Below are positions 38,746 through 52,800 of a DNA stretch of 64,000 nt, one piece after another. The stretch's first letter is position 1, and every line of letters starts with the position of its first letter. Source of the stretch: Epiperipatus broadwayi. Taxonomy: Eukaryota > Animalia > Onychophora. The DNA lies in contig JAQFVV010000005.1 of NCBI GenBank assembly GCA_028023455.1, forward strand, positions 17,298,001-17,362,000. Reading direction: 5' to 3'. The translations under genes and the position numbers were made by a program. The notes under the pieces are model-generated. The model was not told the origin of the DNA. It saw only the letters and a list, made by a program, of their open reading frames with translations, and made no database searches.

Positions 38746-41700
38746 ATATAATTGTGTGTTTTTAGCAAAGAAACAACGTCACCAAGCGACTGGCCTGGAG
38801 TATCGATTAGTACCCATTTGGCATGTCAACAGCCCCAAATATATTTCAGGCAAAAACTGATACACTAATGAAGGGATTTGAGGGCATCATACCCTATTTT
38901 GACAATATATTAGTAACAGTGGACTCGAATAAAAGTTTATATCAAAAATTGATAAAGATATGCACAAGTTAAATAATTTCAGACTAAAACTAAATGCCCA
39001 AAAAAGTGTATGAAATATTAAAGAATCTCTAGAAAAGGGGGTTTCCTTCACCTGAAAAAGTAGAAGTCGTAGAAAAGATGGAAAAATCAAAGAATGCCAA
39101 AGAACTTCAGGCATTTTTAAGCCTAATTAACTGCCATTTCTATAGAATAAATCAAAAGTAGCAAAACTCCTTTTTTGAGCTGCTAAAAAAAATCATAAGT
39201 GACAATGATTAAAAACCTATGGCAATTGTAGATGCACTAAAGGCCTACTGTCATCAGAAAAATTATTGGGCCATTTTGACAATAATCAAGAAGTAACTTT
39301 AGCCACAGACAGGTCAGAATGGGAGGTAAGGAATGGTTCTATGTCATCTATGCTATAAGGGAGAATGTCCCATTGCCTATGAGTCCAGAAAACTCTCCAA
39401 AGCCGAGAAAAACACAGCCAGATAGATAGAAGCTATGGCAATAATATTTGAACCAGAGAAATTTCACCAACATATATTCAGCAGAGCATTTAAAATAATA
39501 GATCATAAGCCATTATTAGGTATATTGGCAAGCAATAGACTAGCTCTTGACCATTTGAGTCTTAGGATGCTAAGACGGAAAAATATACCGGCATCATATG
39601 ATTATCAGCTGGTCTATAAGAAGGAAAAAAAGATACAGCTTGTGGATGTGTTGTCCAGAAACCCAGAAAGACGGGAAATCCAGATGAATGCTATAGAGAT
39701 AAATTCTATAAATGCTATGCAGTCTGTGATACTTAACAGTAATACAGTGGAAAAATGGATGAGGGAAGATAAAGGATACCAGCTGCTAAAGTGCTGGATT
39801 AGGAATGGCTGGTCAGCAAAGAAAACAATGCATGGCACTGCTTTATGGACTAATAGAAATAATTTATTGTTTAGTAAAGGGTGTATATTAATGGGAGACA
39901 GGGTACACAAAGGTCACCCTGGAGTAGTGCGCACAAAAGCTTTAGTGTGTAGCTATGTCTGGTGGCCAAGAATAGCAATAGACATAGAGAATTATATTAA
40001 AAAATGTTCAGCTTGTCAACCACAAAGAAACATGAAACTGAAGGAATATATACCATAGTCTAAAACAAATAACCAATGGCAGAGACTTCACATGAACCAT
40101 GCAAATGCTATTTATGACAAAATACTACTAATGTTGACAGATTCATATTCAAAATGGGCAGAATACCATATTGTTAAAAATAAGAATACTAATGAAACAA
40201 TAAAAATACTAAAAGTGACTTTCTCATGTCACAGATTGCCAGAAGTAATGGTCACTGATAATGGCACTGGATTTACAGGTCAAGAGATAAAAGAATATTT
40301 TAAAAAAAATGGAAACAGACACATATGTGCACCCCCCTATCATACGGAATTGAATGACCTCACTGAGAAGGCCATTCAAACAAAAAATCAATAGGAAAAT
40401 CTTTGAGTAGCAACATGCAAAATGTTTTATAAGATGCACTGCTGCATTAACACTCAATGCCATCAACAACTACAGACAAATAGCCAGCGGAGTTGCTGAT
40501 TGCATTAAATTAGACATGTTAATGCCAAAGAAGAATTAATATTTCCAACATAAAATGAAAAAAAACCATTATGAATTAGTGAAGAAGTATGGATACACAA
40601 CTCGCTGCAAAAGAAATGGATCAAGAGTATTATGGGAAGGTCATTCAGACTAATAGTAACCATTGAAAATAAAAATTGTAAAGAATATAATAGACACATA
40701 AATCATATTTATCACTGAACCACAGAAGCGACACTTTATCCAACGATAATAATACCAGATAATGAAGAATCAGCAAAACAGATTGGAAAACAAAAAAGTG
40801 AAGATAAATCCGGAGGCTGAAAGACAAGACAATCTACAACCCCAACTTCAAAGTAAAGCTGAAATAAAAGTAGAGATTGAACCCAGGGAAAGGCAAAAAT
40901 AACCCAGATCTAAAAAAATTACAGGATTATATATAAATGGAAAAATTTCTGAAGTAAGCGGAGGATTGGAATATCTATTAATTACCAGTAAAATGCACAT
41001 TTTAAATTAATACTAAAATTTAAATTTACTAAAACTATTGTGTAAAACTAGCTACATAATAAAGTGGAGATAAATTAAAACATTAATTGAATAATGAGAA
41101 TAAACTAAAAAGTAAAATCTGATTATGTTAGAATTCAATTGGCAATAACAAATTAACAATAGAATTCTATAAGGATCTAATATTTTAAAAAACCTTAATA
41201 GATAATAAAATACCTTCCATCTGGATAATAATGAGATAGATAGATTACTCCAGAAAACAAAAGAGAAAGAAAACTATTTAAGCAGGGAAAAAAGAAAGCT
41301 ATATTCTTTTTCTTCCTCCCTCATGTGTTCACATCATTAGGTTATGCACTGATGTGAAGCAGAGAAAGAAACCAGTGGAGATTTGTTTCCAGACCCAGGA
41401 CCTTGTCTCCTGAAGGTACTCAAGCTGACAAGGATCAAACAGATCACCCCAGATCTTATTATAATTTATATGCACCTCAAAGGCTCACAGAAGTAAAGAC
41501 ATTTTCCAGAATATTAAGTAAATAGTGGCTTTAATTAAGTACTAAGTGTATGATTAAGCAAGGGTCTAACTTCCCAGAAAGAGTCTAAAAAACTACAGAG
41601 AGTAGAATTGAATTTATGTGTATTCATATTGTAATCTATGTATAGCATATAACTATAAATGTATATACATTATTATGTTATTAAAATTTGAGAAAAGTAA

Positions 41701-42451
41701 TAAATTTAGAAATCATATTGCTAGTCTTAATCAAGAGAAAGGGTAAGATCAAGACATAGCAGTAGGAAACTTGTTAGAGAGCCGTCTAGCGTTAGAAAAG
41801 AACAAAAATGCTATTATTATGGCAAACCAGATATTTTAAAAATAAGTGTAAATGTAGAATTAAAAATTGTAGAAACTGTGATAAAAAAAGATAATTTAGC
41901 AGCTGTCTGTCATTTTGGAGACAGTAAAGCTACTAATTTCTCAAAACCAGATTATAAATCTGAAGAAAGATTAAATTATGAGAATGTTAGTATAAAGAGG
42001 GTGAATGGACCACATATTATTAGATGCAGTTATTTGCGATCAAACAGTAAAAATGAAAGTGGACAGCGGAACCGGTCTATCAATGATATCTCGTTAAGAT
42101 TGAACTAAAATTAGTGGAAAATGTAAAAGAAAGAGATCACTTCAAGATACAGATGTGATAGCTATAGATATAAATGTCAATAACATTTATATTCAAGGAA
42201 AAGTGGTAGTGTATATAAAATTAATTTCTAGAATAAAATTGCTGACACTTTGCACAATAAGTAAAATTTTCTGTCCATTGTTAGCAAGAAATTGGTTCTG
42301 ACCACTAGGTATTCACATAAATGTGAATAATAGCTTGTTAAACTCCAGAACATTAAACAATGGTAGTGCGGTTATAGCAAATTAGGTATGAAAAAATCTA
42401 GGACTCCTCAGACCCAATTAACAAAGCTAGTATCACCTATTTGTAAAATAA

Positions 42452-43201
42452 TGCTTCAGATCTGCAGGAAATGTTGCAGGAATTATCAGATGAAAGTAGG
42501 AAAGTAGGACTAAAGATAAATGTTAAAAAGACTAAAGTAATGTTTAATCGATTTGCTCAAAATATGAAAATAAAGATTGATTATGATGAATTAGAAAAAG
42601 TTAACAGTTACAAATACCTTGGTCAGATTATTAATACAGATGGAAACATAATGGAGGAAATTAATCATAGAATTAAACTTGGTTGGAGTGCTTTTGGTAG
42701 AAATAACTTGATACTAAAAGGAAATATGCCTATGTGTTTGAAAAGGAAGGTTTTTAACAAATGTGTTTTACCAGTTCTTACTTATGGATCTGAGACTTGG
42801 ACACTTAATAGAAGAGCAATTCAGAGACTTCAGACCACTCAAAGAAGTATGGAGAGATGTATGTTGGGAGTAACAAGAAGAGATCGTAAACGCAATGTAT
42901 GGGTAAGAGAACAAACAGGTGTTACTGACCTCATTGAAAAAATTAAAAGATTGTAAGTGGAGTTGGGCTGGACATATTGTTAGAAGAGATGATAATAGAT
43001 GGACAATTGTAATTTTAAACTGGATACCAAGAGATTGTAAAAGACCCAGAAAGAGACCACATGTGAGATGGATGGATGAAATAAAAAAGTGTGCAGGGGT
43101 GATGTGGAGAAGAGAAGCTAAAGATCGGAGAAGATGGATTAAACTTGGAGAGACCTTCATCCTGCAGTAGATTGATAATGATTGATAATGATGATGATGA
43201 T
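42452..43201 (+). mobile_element. RTE-clade LINE, 5'-truncated
   Basis: GLKINVKKTKVM, YKYLGQ, CVLPVLTYGSETW, KWSWAGHI..RW; ends in a (GAT/GATAAT)n tail. Confidence 0.9.
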
Positions 43202-45191
43202 GGGGGCTTACTAAATTGTAAATGGACCCTGGTGAAATAGTGAAAGCAATACTGAAGGATATAAGAATAATAAAATTATGGTAATGGGTAGGAGTTGAAA
43301 AGACATGTTAAACACCTTCAACATTGTCATGGAGATACTTTGCCAGATATTCATCTAAATAAATCCTTAGAGAAAAAAATAGAGAAAAAAGATTTTTTAT
43401 TGTAGGATTTAATTACTGATTCAGACTATGTTAAAGTAATTGAGTATAAGCATGTGTTTGTACAGGAGGAAACTGAGGGCAGAACTACTTCAAAAGAAAA
43501 AGAAAGTTATTCCCAAAACTTCATAAAAGCAAACCATCTGACAAGTTTAAAGTGATTATAATATATTAAGTCAATATTTCTAGAGTAGGGGGGAGGAGTA
43601 AAATGTCTGCACATATTCACCTGTATATGGAAATAAAAAATACTTATTTTTATAAATACGCAAGGATTTTATCATTTTAATAATATCCCCTTTAAGGGAA
43701 AAAATTACTCTAGAAATTCAAGAGATTATCTCAAAATTGGGTAAATGAGGAAAAGGGAAGTGGTTAAAATGATTAGATTGGATTAAAGTTAGTGTTGATT
43801 TGAAGTGATAACAGATCAGCATTAAAGAGTGACTCAATGATAGACTAGAAGACTGACTAGCAGTGATTATAGTGACAAACTTGTTTGTGAATAGAGGAGA
43901 TTATTACCAGCAAAGGGTAATTAATTGAAGCTTAGCCAAACTGCAAAAGACAAGTTGGGAATGGAGATGGTTAATAGATAACATATAAATTGTGTGTACC
44001 AATGTAAGCATTAATATTCTATACAGAAATTATATATGCAATTTGTGTTTCAAGAAACATTTGATTTGAAAACACAAAGATAATAAATGGAGCACTCCTA
44101 GTGTGAAAGAAGATTATTTTCACCTGAGGAAAATAAATAGTGTATGAATATTAATGGATTATTACGTTTTTAGATTGTTTTTATCACTATATTATTGTTA
44201 TTAAATAAATCTTATTATATATATATTTAAAAGTATAATGTTTATTTATTTACTTAGCTCCCTGACTGGTCTTCAGAGACCCTCAGGATACAGCACATAA
44301 TTAAAAATGATGAATTACTGAATATTGTGAATAAATGCACTTAGACATTATTTATTCATTCATTATTTGACTAAGATAAAAGTTGTTGTATAATAGTCAA
44401 ATTCTGAAATGGGAACAATGATAGTATAAGACTCATAGAACGAGTTTCAGGGAACACCCTTCATCACTTGTATCTAGCGTCAATATTACTAACTATATAT
44501 CAAAATATATGTCCTTGTTGACTCTAAAGAGCATTACATATTTTAAAATTGTGCTTCATTTTTCACATGTTGAAATAAAAAAATAAAATCTACTTAATTA
44601 AAAAAAAAAAATCAGACTATTTTGATTCATAATAATATTGAAGCTTGGCACAATTGATGAAGATGATTCCTGTGAAACTAGTACTCTGAGCCTTGCTATT
44701 TTTCAGAATTTTGTACCTTCATTAAATAATGAGCTAAAAAAATGCATAAATAAATTCATTCATATTATTATAAGATGTATACTGCAAAATATTAATAACA
44801 CAATTGGTTATATAAAAATAAATGAATTTGGAGCCCATTTCAAATTAATTTAATATATGTTAAAATGAAATCATTTTTAATAAATCAATTTATTGTCCAC
44901 ATCTTAATGTAAGAAACTTAATAAAGACTAAATTCTCTTGATATAAAGAATAATTAAATATGAAAGTAATAAAAAAATTAAGTAATGCTAAATATAAACA
45001 ACAATAACAAAAAATAATATTAGGCAAAACAAAAAATAAAAGTTGAACAATAATGTGATTCCTTATTTCTTACAAATGTAAGTTACAAAAAAAAATAATT
45101 AAAAAATAAAATATTAGGAAAAAAAAGTACACGAAAAGAAAAAAAACGAAAATAAGTAAAAAATGGAAATGAGGATATGAATGAAGCTTAC

Positions 45192-45272
45192 CTGAGGTTG
45201 GGTAGGAGATAATGGGCCTATTACAATAGGTTCAGGGGCTATAATTTGATCATGTTGATAATCTCGCTCCTT
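45192..45272 (-). CDS. Host gene coding exon, 81 nt, KERDYQHDQIIAPEPIVIGPLSPTQPQ
   Basis: ttctttttttt-ctgtcag|AAGGAG...CCTCAG|gtaagc; 27 codons, phase 0. Confidence 0.85.
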
Positions 45273-46825
45273 CTGACAGAAAAAAAAGAAACGAGCAAGA
45301 AGGAATGACTAGAGATGAAAAGATGAATAAAAATAAAATGATTGAAAAAGGAAAAAAAAAGTTTCTAAAAGAATCTAATTTGTTGTCAACTTCTGATATT
45401 TTCTTTATTATATGAAATATAATCTGAGAAGAAAAGAATTATTCTAATTAGTAATTTATTTTTAAATACTGTATATATAATTTTCACAACTTTGTAAAAT
45501 AGACATTTCCTCACTTCTATTTAAAGAAACCAACTATAACAATTTGCAAATACACTCTTTTTCAGGTAAATGTGAATATGAATGAAAGAGTTTACAAATT
45601 TAAACATGCTTGTAGAAGGATGTTTAAAAATATGAAATATTTTAGAGTATAAAATAAAACTTGCTTATCCACATTCATAGTATATACACTTGCTATTTTG
45701 TGTATAAAATGATCATTAAGTTTTTGCAGTCAAGTCAAGATCAAGTAGGTTAATATATCTGGCTGCATATATATTTATTTTGAGTTAGTTATATTCTAGG
45801 AAGGACATTTTTTTAATCTTAAAAAAGTTAAAAATACTTTTAAATTAGTTATAAATAATATTTTAAATTCAATTATCAGATAATATGAATTACTTTTACT
45901 ACAAAATTTACTTATTTTTTCTTTGAAATATTAAAAAGATAACATGACTCACATTTATTGAAATAGATATTCAATTTTTTTTTTTTTACAAATAATTGCT
46001 TGAGACTATTAAAAAAATTATTTCAAAAGAAACTTTTTAAAATTTATTTTGAACTCTAAGACTCTTCCCCCCCCCCCCACATATATAGGAGAACCACTCA
46101 ATCATAACAGCAGACATGCTAAGTAATAAATATTAGTAAATACATGAGTAAAATGTGTACAATATTAAATAGATGAAAATTTTATATTTAAATATTAATA
46201 CATGACTAAAATATGTATTATATTAAAATAAAATGGTCAATGAAAGTACAACCTCAGACCTCCTTATTTTTTCAGTATTTTCACTAAATATGAAAAATAA
46301 ATAATGATGTTACAGTTAATTTGAACAAAAAAATTAACAAAAAGGGAATTTATAATATTGAGCATACATGACGAACACATATATACGTAGTATTAAAATA
46401 ATAAGAACGATAAATACACGAAAATTTTATATTTAAATACATATAATATTAACAGTAAATAAATGGATAGGAAGTTTTGTGAACATGTGATATGTCCAAA
46501 CATTTATCCTTGCCAGTTGTTGGAAGTACAAACACAAAACTTTGTTTCCTTTTTTTCAGTTTTTTCACTAAATAATATGAACAAATAAAAGAAAAAAACT
46601 TACTACTTGTACTTGTTTGTAATATTTATTAATTAAATACTTTCTTCCTTTCTTTTACATTGTAGCATTTTTTTTCATAGTAAAAAATGTGGTGGCGAAT
46701 AGCAGAAGATAATAATATTATACATATTTAAATATAAAATTCTCAAGTATTTATTGTTTGCATTATTACTTTAATATTATACCTATTTTACTCACATACA
46801 GACTGTTATGTTACATTGATTAATT

Positions 46826-47572
46826 AGTATGTGATGCGATGCACTGTGACTTCTTATACGGAATCAGAAATCTCGAATCTCTTAGCAACTATGTCCAGAG
46901 AAACCTGTTAGCCACTTTACCTTCCCTTTCCATTCCCCATCCTATTTTCCCATATCCTGCTCCATCCCATTTCCACAACATAATCTTTGTCAATTCAATG
47001 GCCTTTATATCTAAATCCTCCTTATCTTTTCCCAAATCCTGCATAAAAATCAATAACCCACTTTCTGTATAATCACTTTCCTTATATTTATTCTGCCACA
47101 ACTTAATTATTTGCATCCTTTCTGCTTTTAGGCATTTACATTCAATTAACAGATGCCTAATATTTTCTATGCCTTCCTTACACAACTTGCAGACTAAATC
47201 ACCCATGTTTTTCCATTTGTGTGTATAATCCTCTGTTGCTAAAGATCCCATTCAAACCTTAAACAGTAAACTTGCTATTATCATAAATTAACTCGCACCC
47301 AACATTCCGTTTACTTCTATATATATTTAAACTCTTTTTACTCTCCATAGTAGTTCTCCATCTCTCCAATTCCCTCTTCTTTATTCTTCTATCCCATTCC
47401 TTACCACTATAACACCCAACAATTCTCTTAACACAATCATCCCATTTTTTGTACAAATATACTGACATGAATTCTTTATCCAAATCATCTGCATACCGCA
47501 TTATCTTTCTCACCCATCTTGTTACCTGCCCTTTATTCATAACCCAATTAAATACTATATTTATGCCAATAG
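46826..47572 (-). mobile_element. Second copy (3' end) of the 10741-12900 LINE family
   Basis: DLVCKLCKEGIENIRHLLIECKCL nearly identical to the 12524 ORF; homologous 3' terminus. Confidence 0.85.
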
Positions 47573-49318
47573 AGATTAGGTGGCTCTCCCATGTGTGAAA
47601 AAAGTCCCAGAGAACAAACTAAAAAAATACCAAAAAACAAACCGTAAAAATTCAATATTTAATAAAATTCAATTTCAATATACAAATAACAGGTTAAAAA
47701 TAAAGTTATTAAAAATAAATGTTTTTTTTTTTTTATTAATTTATATATTCTAATTATAAAAGTATAAGCTTTAACTCAGACTAATGTAATCATAAATATA
47801 TCTTTCATAAAGTTAGTTTTTTTAAAAAAATTTTTTTAAACATTATGTCCTTAGCTGACTTTTGACTATTACAAGTTACAGACATAACATAAATTGGAAA
47901 GTGGGAGTATATATATATGCTGTTATTGCTAATTTACACAGTGACTTTAAACAAAACATTCATGTGACAAAAACTAACAATAGAAAAAAATTATGCATGC
48001 CCTTTTCAAAAAGATGCCTATTCTCCCTAATTAATTTTCATATTTAAATTTTATATAAATTACCAATAACAGCATATATATATAACGACTCTCATTTTCC
48101 AATTTATGCTATTTCTAAGACTTGTAATAGTCAAATGTCAGCTAAGCACATACTGTTTAAAAATAAATAAATAAAAAAAACAGACTTTATGAAAGCATTT
48201 CTCTATAAGGTTTTCATTTATCTATATAATTTATATACTGAAAAACCATAAGTTCAATTTATATCCTTATAAGGAAGATTTGATATATAAGTATACAAAT
48301 GGAAAAATCTGGGGAAAAATCATACAGTAATCCCATGTATAAAATGATAAAAATAGTTACATCAGTATAGTTTTCCCATGTCCATCTGGTATGCTAGTTG
48401 CCCCTAAATAAATACAATTTTGGAGTTAATTTTTTTACATTGATGTTCTTCATTTAATTAATGTTATTTTCTAGCTCAGAATATCTACATATCTATTTAA
48501 TGACTAATACTGAGTGACTCCCTGAGCCAGCTGTGTTCCAGCTAACTTATCTATTCTGAACTAATTTGAGAATTCTTTATATATATATAAAACTCTCATT
48601 CGACTTTGGATTTTATTTTCAATCTTCAAATAAAGTATTTAATCAGCTTTATTCACATTTGTTTATTCCAAGAGTTTTAAAATGACTGCAAATAATCATA
48701 CCTTCAATTTTTGTTGAATTAAAAACAACAACTTTTAAATAGTTATACATGATAAGTTTAAAAATACAATTTCATCAAATCTACCAAAAAAAAAAAAAAA
48801 TTCTAAAAAATATACAATTAATTTCCAATCATAGAGAATTAGATCATGAAAAAAAATTAGATAAAGCTTTTTTAAAAAACAGATGATTTTAATAAAATTA
48901 AATTATTTCCATTATCTTGTCAATGGATTGTGGGGACAAAAATCATTAACCCCTGGAAGATTATATTAATCTTCTGATGTCCTGAAATGTATATGCAATT
49001 TCTTTTCATGGTGAAACATCATGAATCTATTGTTCATACACATTATTTTTCATTGAATAATTGCAAAATAACAAGCCACACTGTGGCTTGTTTTATCATA
49101 GATTGTAGCAAAGATGTAAATTTGATTCACACTTCAATAATAATTAAAATAATTCCTTATCAAATTGCTTAAAATATTTAATAAAAAAACTAAAGATAAA
49201 CTTAATCTTTTGTAATTATTTAGGATATATATATTTAAAATTAAATATTTTCACAAACTTAAATAAATATTAAAATTTATAATGAAAATTTGTCATAAAT
49301 TAAACAAGCTAAATCTGC

Positions 49319-49534
49319 TATGATGTAACCAGGCAACCATCAATTAAAATAGACAGTCTAAGCTGAAACATGTGATTTAGTAATTAATAATAGCATTTTT
49401 CTGATTTATCTTTATCTAAAAGAAGAATTTTTAGCCTTAAGGTAAAATCAGACAAACACTATCATTAATTACTAGATTCACATGGTTCAGCTTAGACTAC
49501 CGATTTTAATTTATGGCTGTCTAGTTATATCATA
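49319..49534. repeat. Imperfect fold-back of about 215 bp
   Basis: Arms of about 75-90 bp: tatgatgtaacc...gtctaagctgaa...taattaataatag versus its near-complement ending ...ttatatcata. Confidence 0.65.
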
Positions 49535-49769
49535 ACTAAATGTTTAGTTTAATAATGGAACATTCCTATTATAAATTTCAATGTTTACTATATAGATATC
49601 ATTCCTGCAGACTTTGTTATTTACATAAATCACATAAAACTTTAAACAGTTTTAAGTTATACGAAAAGATAGTTTACACATGAAAAATATATAGACTGGG
49701 TTAGTATGAAATTAGAAAAATGTTATCATTCAATATTAAAAAATAAACAAACAAGGACAATCCCTTTAC

Positions 49770-49844
49770 CTTCTGCTTATGAGAATGTCTAGGAGAAGGA
49801 GCACGATCAGGGGGTTTTGTATCAAGATGGCTCCAGGAATGAGA
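49770..49844 (-). CDS. Host gene coding exon, 75 nt, SHSWSHLDTKPPDRAPSPRHSHKQK
   Basis: tctttctctgtgttctcatag|TCTCAT...CAGAAG|gtaaag; 25 codons, phase 0. Confidence 0.85.
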
Positions 49845-52800
49845 CTATGAGAACACAGAGAAAGAGAGAAAAGACACATAGAAAGATAAGCAAACAGTGA
49901 AGTATGACATGAATGAAAAATGTAATCTAAGAAAAAGTATACAGAGGAAGTGCTATAAAAAGAAAAAAAAATGATAAAAACTTATAGAAAAGTAATATAC
50001 ACAAAAACATCTGCAAAAATTAGTGCAACAATCAAGATTGAAAAAAATTGAGACAAACAAATTGTGATAATTAAAAAATTGGTCAGCTAAGAGAAATTAT
50101 AAATAATTTTTAGCATTTTGCTTCTTTCTTGGAAGTTTGAATCACTAAGAATTGGCTAAAGATATTTACTATAATTATGATTTCTGATTATTTCAAAAAA
50201 GAATATTAAAGAACTAATGTTAGTTTACAATCTATTTGGTATTGCTCAAATAATGTAACAAGGGAGGAAAAAATGCATCGACTGAATTATGAGCATTAAA
50301 TAGCACTTTTCAATGAATAACAGTATTATTTTATGTTTTAAATGGAAGCTTTTCCTCATATTAAAAAGTTCATGGTAATTTCGGAATATATTCTGATTTT
50401 AGCACATTATTCAAATAATTATTCTAAATATTTAAATATTTAGCATTATCATAATATTTATACAATAGATTTATTTAGTTAAAAACACACACACATTGCT
50501 AAAAAAAAAGAAAAGAGGTTATTTATAAATATCTTTTTCATTTGAAAATTTAAAATGAATTTGGAATTAGAAACCATAACAGGTAGTATTTCTTCTCTTT
50601 ACATTACAAATTTGTGCTTTAGCACAAAGGACAATAATAGAGTCAAGTTCTCCAAATTTCTGGAATGAGCTCTAATCGTCATTTTTAATGCCCAAATATC
50701 ACTCAAACAACTAACAATTTACTTGTATTTTTTTTTTGCATTTTGGAGTTCAAAACAATGGCAGATTCAAGAGCCGGAGATAGTTGGACTGAATCTCAAC
50801 CTGTAATTTCTGGACTTCAAATATTAAATGACTTTCCAAGAAACAAATTATTCCACTATTTTTTAAAAAATATTTACATTAATTATTTTTATGAAATAAT
50901 TTGATGAGTTACAAATATAATTTTAAAAATTAAAATGATAAATGTTAAGGAGACGGAAATAGATTAAGTCATATTTAATTTTTTAAAAATTGCATTTTAA
51001 AAATATTACAATAATCCCCATTATAGCATGCATTCAATTTAACATCTACTTTACATAAGTCTTATATACATTAAATTCACTGCTACATTGCAGAATAGGT
51101 AACTAGGCAATAACATACTACATATACACACATTTAACAACTAATCTTAGCCACTAAAGCTAAAAAGATGAATATTTTCACAGATAAAGGATGACTGTTT
51201 GCAATTATTTGACGGGGAAACTTTGTGCAAGTGGTTCAAAACCATTTTGATTAGATGAAAGAAATGATCTCTATTTTTCTCTACTTTGACTGAATTTGAA
51301 CAAGAAGTTTTCTGTCAAAATACACAATGACCATTAAATGAAATTAATATATCATTAACATTCCAATGTGATCACATACATTTTCTTCAAAGAAAGTGCT
51401 AATGAAAATGTATTATAATTATATTAAAGCATTCAGCATATTTTCATTTTTTTCTACAAAACTATTTTATTCGCATCATGTATTTTGTTGGAAAAGTTTT
51501 TAGTCAAACACAAACAGCATAGTAAAGAAATAGAGCAGATCATTGTTTCTTTCAAGCTTTTGATAAGTCTAATCAAGATAATTTTAAACCATATACATGG
51601 ATTTGTTTTTTGATAAATAGTCATAAAAAGACAAGAATGGAAAATATATTTAAACTTTGACTTCTAAACTAGAAAACACTAATATTTCCCTCGTAGAACT
51701 TTTGGAGAGACTTTCATCTTGCAGTGGGTTATTTAAAAAAGACCATTATATATATATATATACTAATAACAATTTTAGAATGTTAAAAAATGTACTACAA
51801 TTCTTTTTATATATGCAGTATATACATTTTTCTACTAAATAATCACCTTTTTTTACTCCACAGACTGAAAAACGGCTGTCCAGAAAGAAGATTCCCACCC
51901 TTTTTGCCAAACTAATAAAACACTATGTTCTCATTGCATAAACTTTTTCAAAATATTTAAGAATTAAATGTAGATCCTGATAGAGTAGATGAAGAATTAT
52001 TATTAAAAAATACCACAGCACATAAATAAATATGTTGCTTTATATTCAGTTTTGAGTTAGTCCATGAGCTAGATAAAGTTTATAATAATAGCACATAATT
52101 AATTTTTTTTTTTTTTTGGGAGATTTACTAAAAAATAATTTAGTTGCTGAGTATTAGCAAATGAAAACTTATCAATAATATTACATAATATAATGCAATT
52201 GTAGTATGTCATGTGATCAAAAACTAATTTTGCTTTCGCCGAAAAATTTCTTGGTAAATGATGATCAACCAATAAAAATAGTTGATCATTAGAATTGGTT
52301 TGCTACTTCTTTATACCCAATTCTTATCAGAATATTTAGTTAATGCTAAAAACAGGTTTATTAGCTTAAAGAAGTCTTTTGGCATTGCAATTCAATTAAC
52401 AAAATACTTCATTGGTATCATTGGTAATTTTCATTACATTATACTATCTGTGTGATTTAGCATTGTGAAAAAACAAGTAATTCTAAAGTTTTTTAAAAGT
52501 TCCCAAACCAAAGTTCAATCTATTACTTCTGATGTTCAACTTCTTGAACGACTAATCACTCAGTTATATTATAGTGCATTTTATTTATTTAAATATTACA
52601 GATACAACAACTCCAAAAAATCTATTGACAGTCCTCATTATGATCATGTAATAAGAAAACAGTTATTATTAGAGATGATTTCCTATAGCTGCATTCCATT
52701 AATTATTAATTTAAATTATTATGCTATTTAGAAATGGTATTTCCGTTTTATTAGAAAAATAATTAAAGGATTTATTGCTCAAAAGATCATGTAATGTTTG

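Larger units (their letters stand above)
27083..41761 (+). mobile_element. Older Ty3/Gypsy element B, decayed, containing Gypsy A and other insertions
   Basis: 3' LTR 40967-41761 matches a 5' LTR split into 27083-27778 and about 36180-36307. PBS-like tagcacagttg at 36313. Gag from about 36400, protease about 37250, RT/RNaseH 37560-39620, integrase (HKGHPGVVRTKAL, TDNGTGF) 39900-40400. Confidence 0.75.
24354..44285 (+). mobile_element. Oldest Ty3/Gypsy element C, outer shell of the nest
   Basis: LTR 43604-44285, after a purine tract, matches an LTR split into 24354-25040 and about 26440-26473. PBS-like at 26474-26494. Gag 26520-27082 resumes at 41762 with zinc-knuckle remnants; integrase C-terminal remnant about 43210-43600. 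Confidence 0.65.

Noticed and set aside
51847-51864. 18-nt candidate exon (ttttcag|TCTGTGGAGTAAAAAAAG|gtgatt)
   Set aside because: In-frame TAA in phase 0 and a weak donor.
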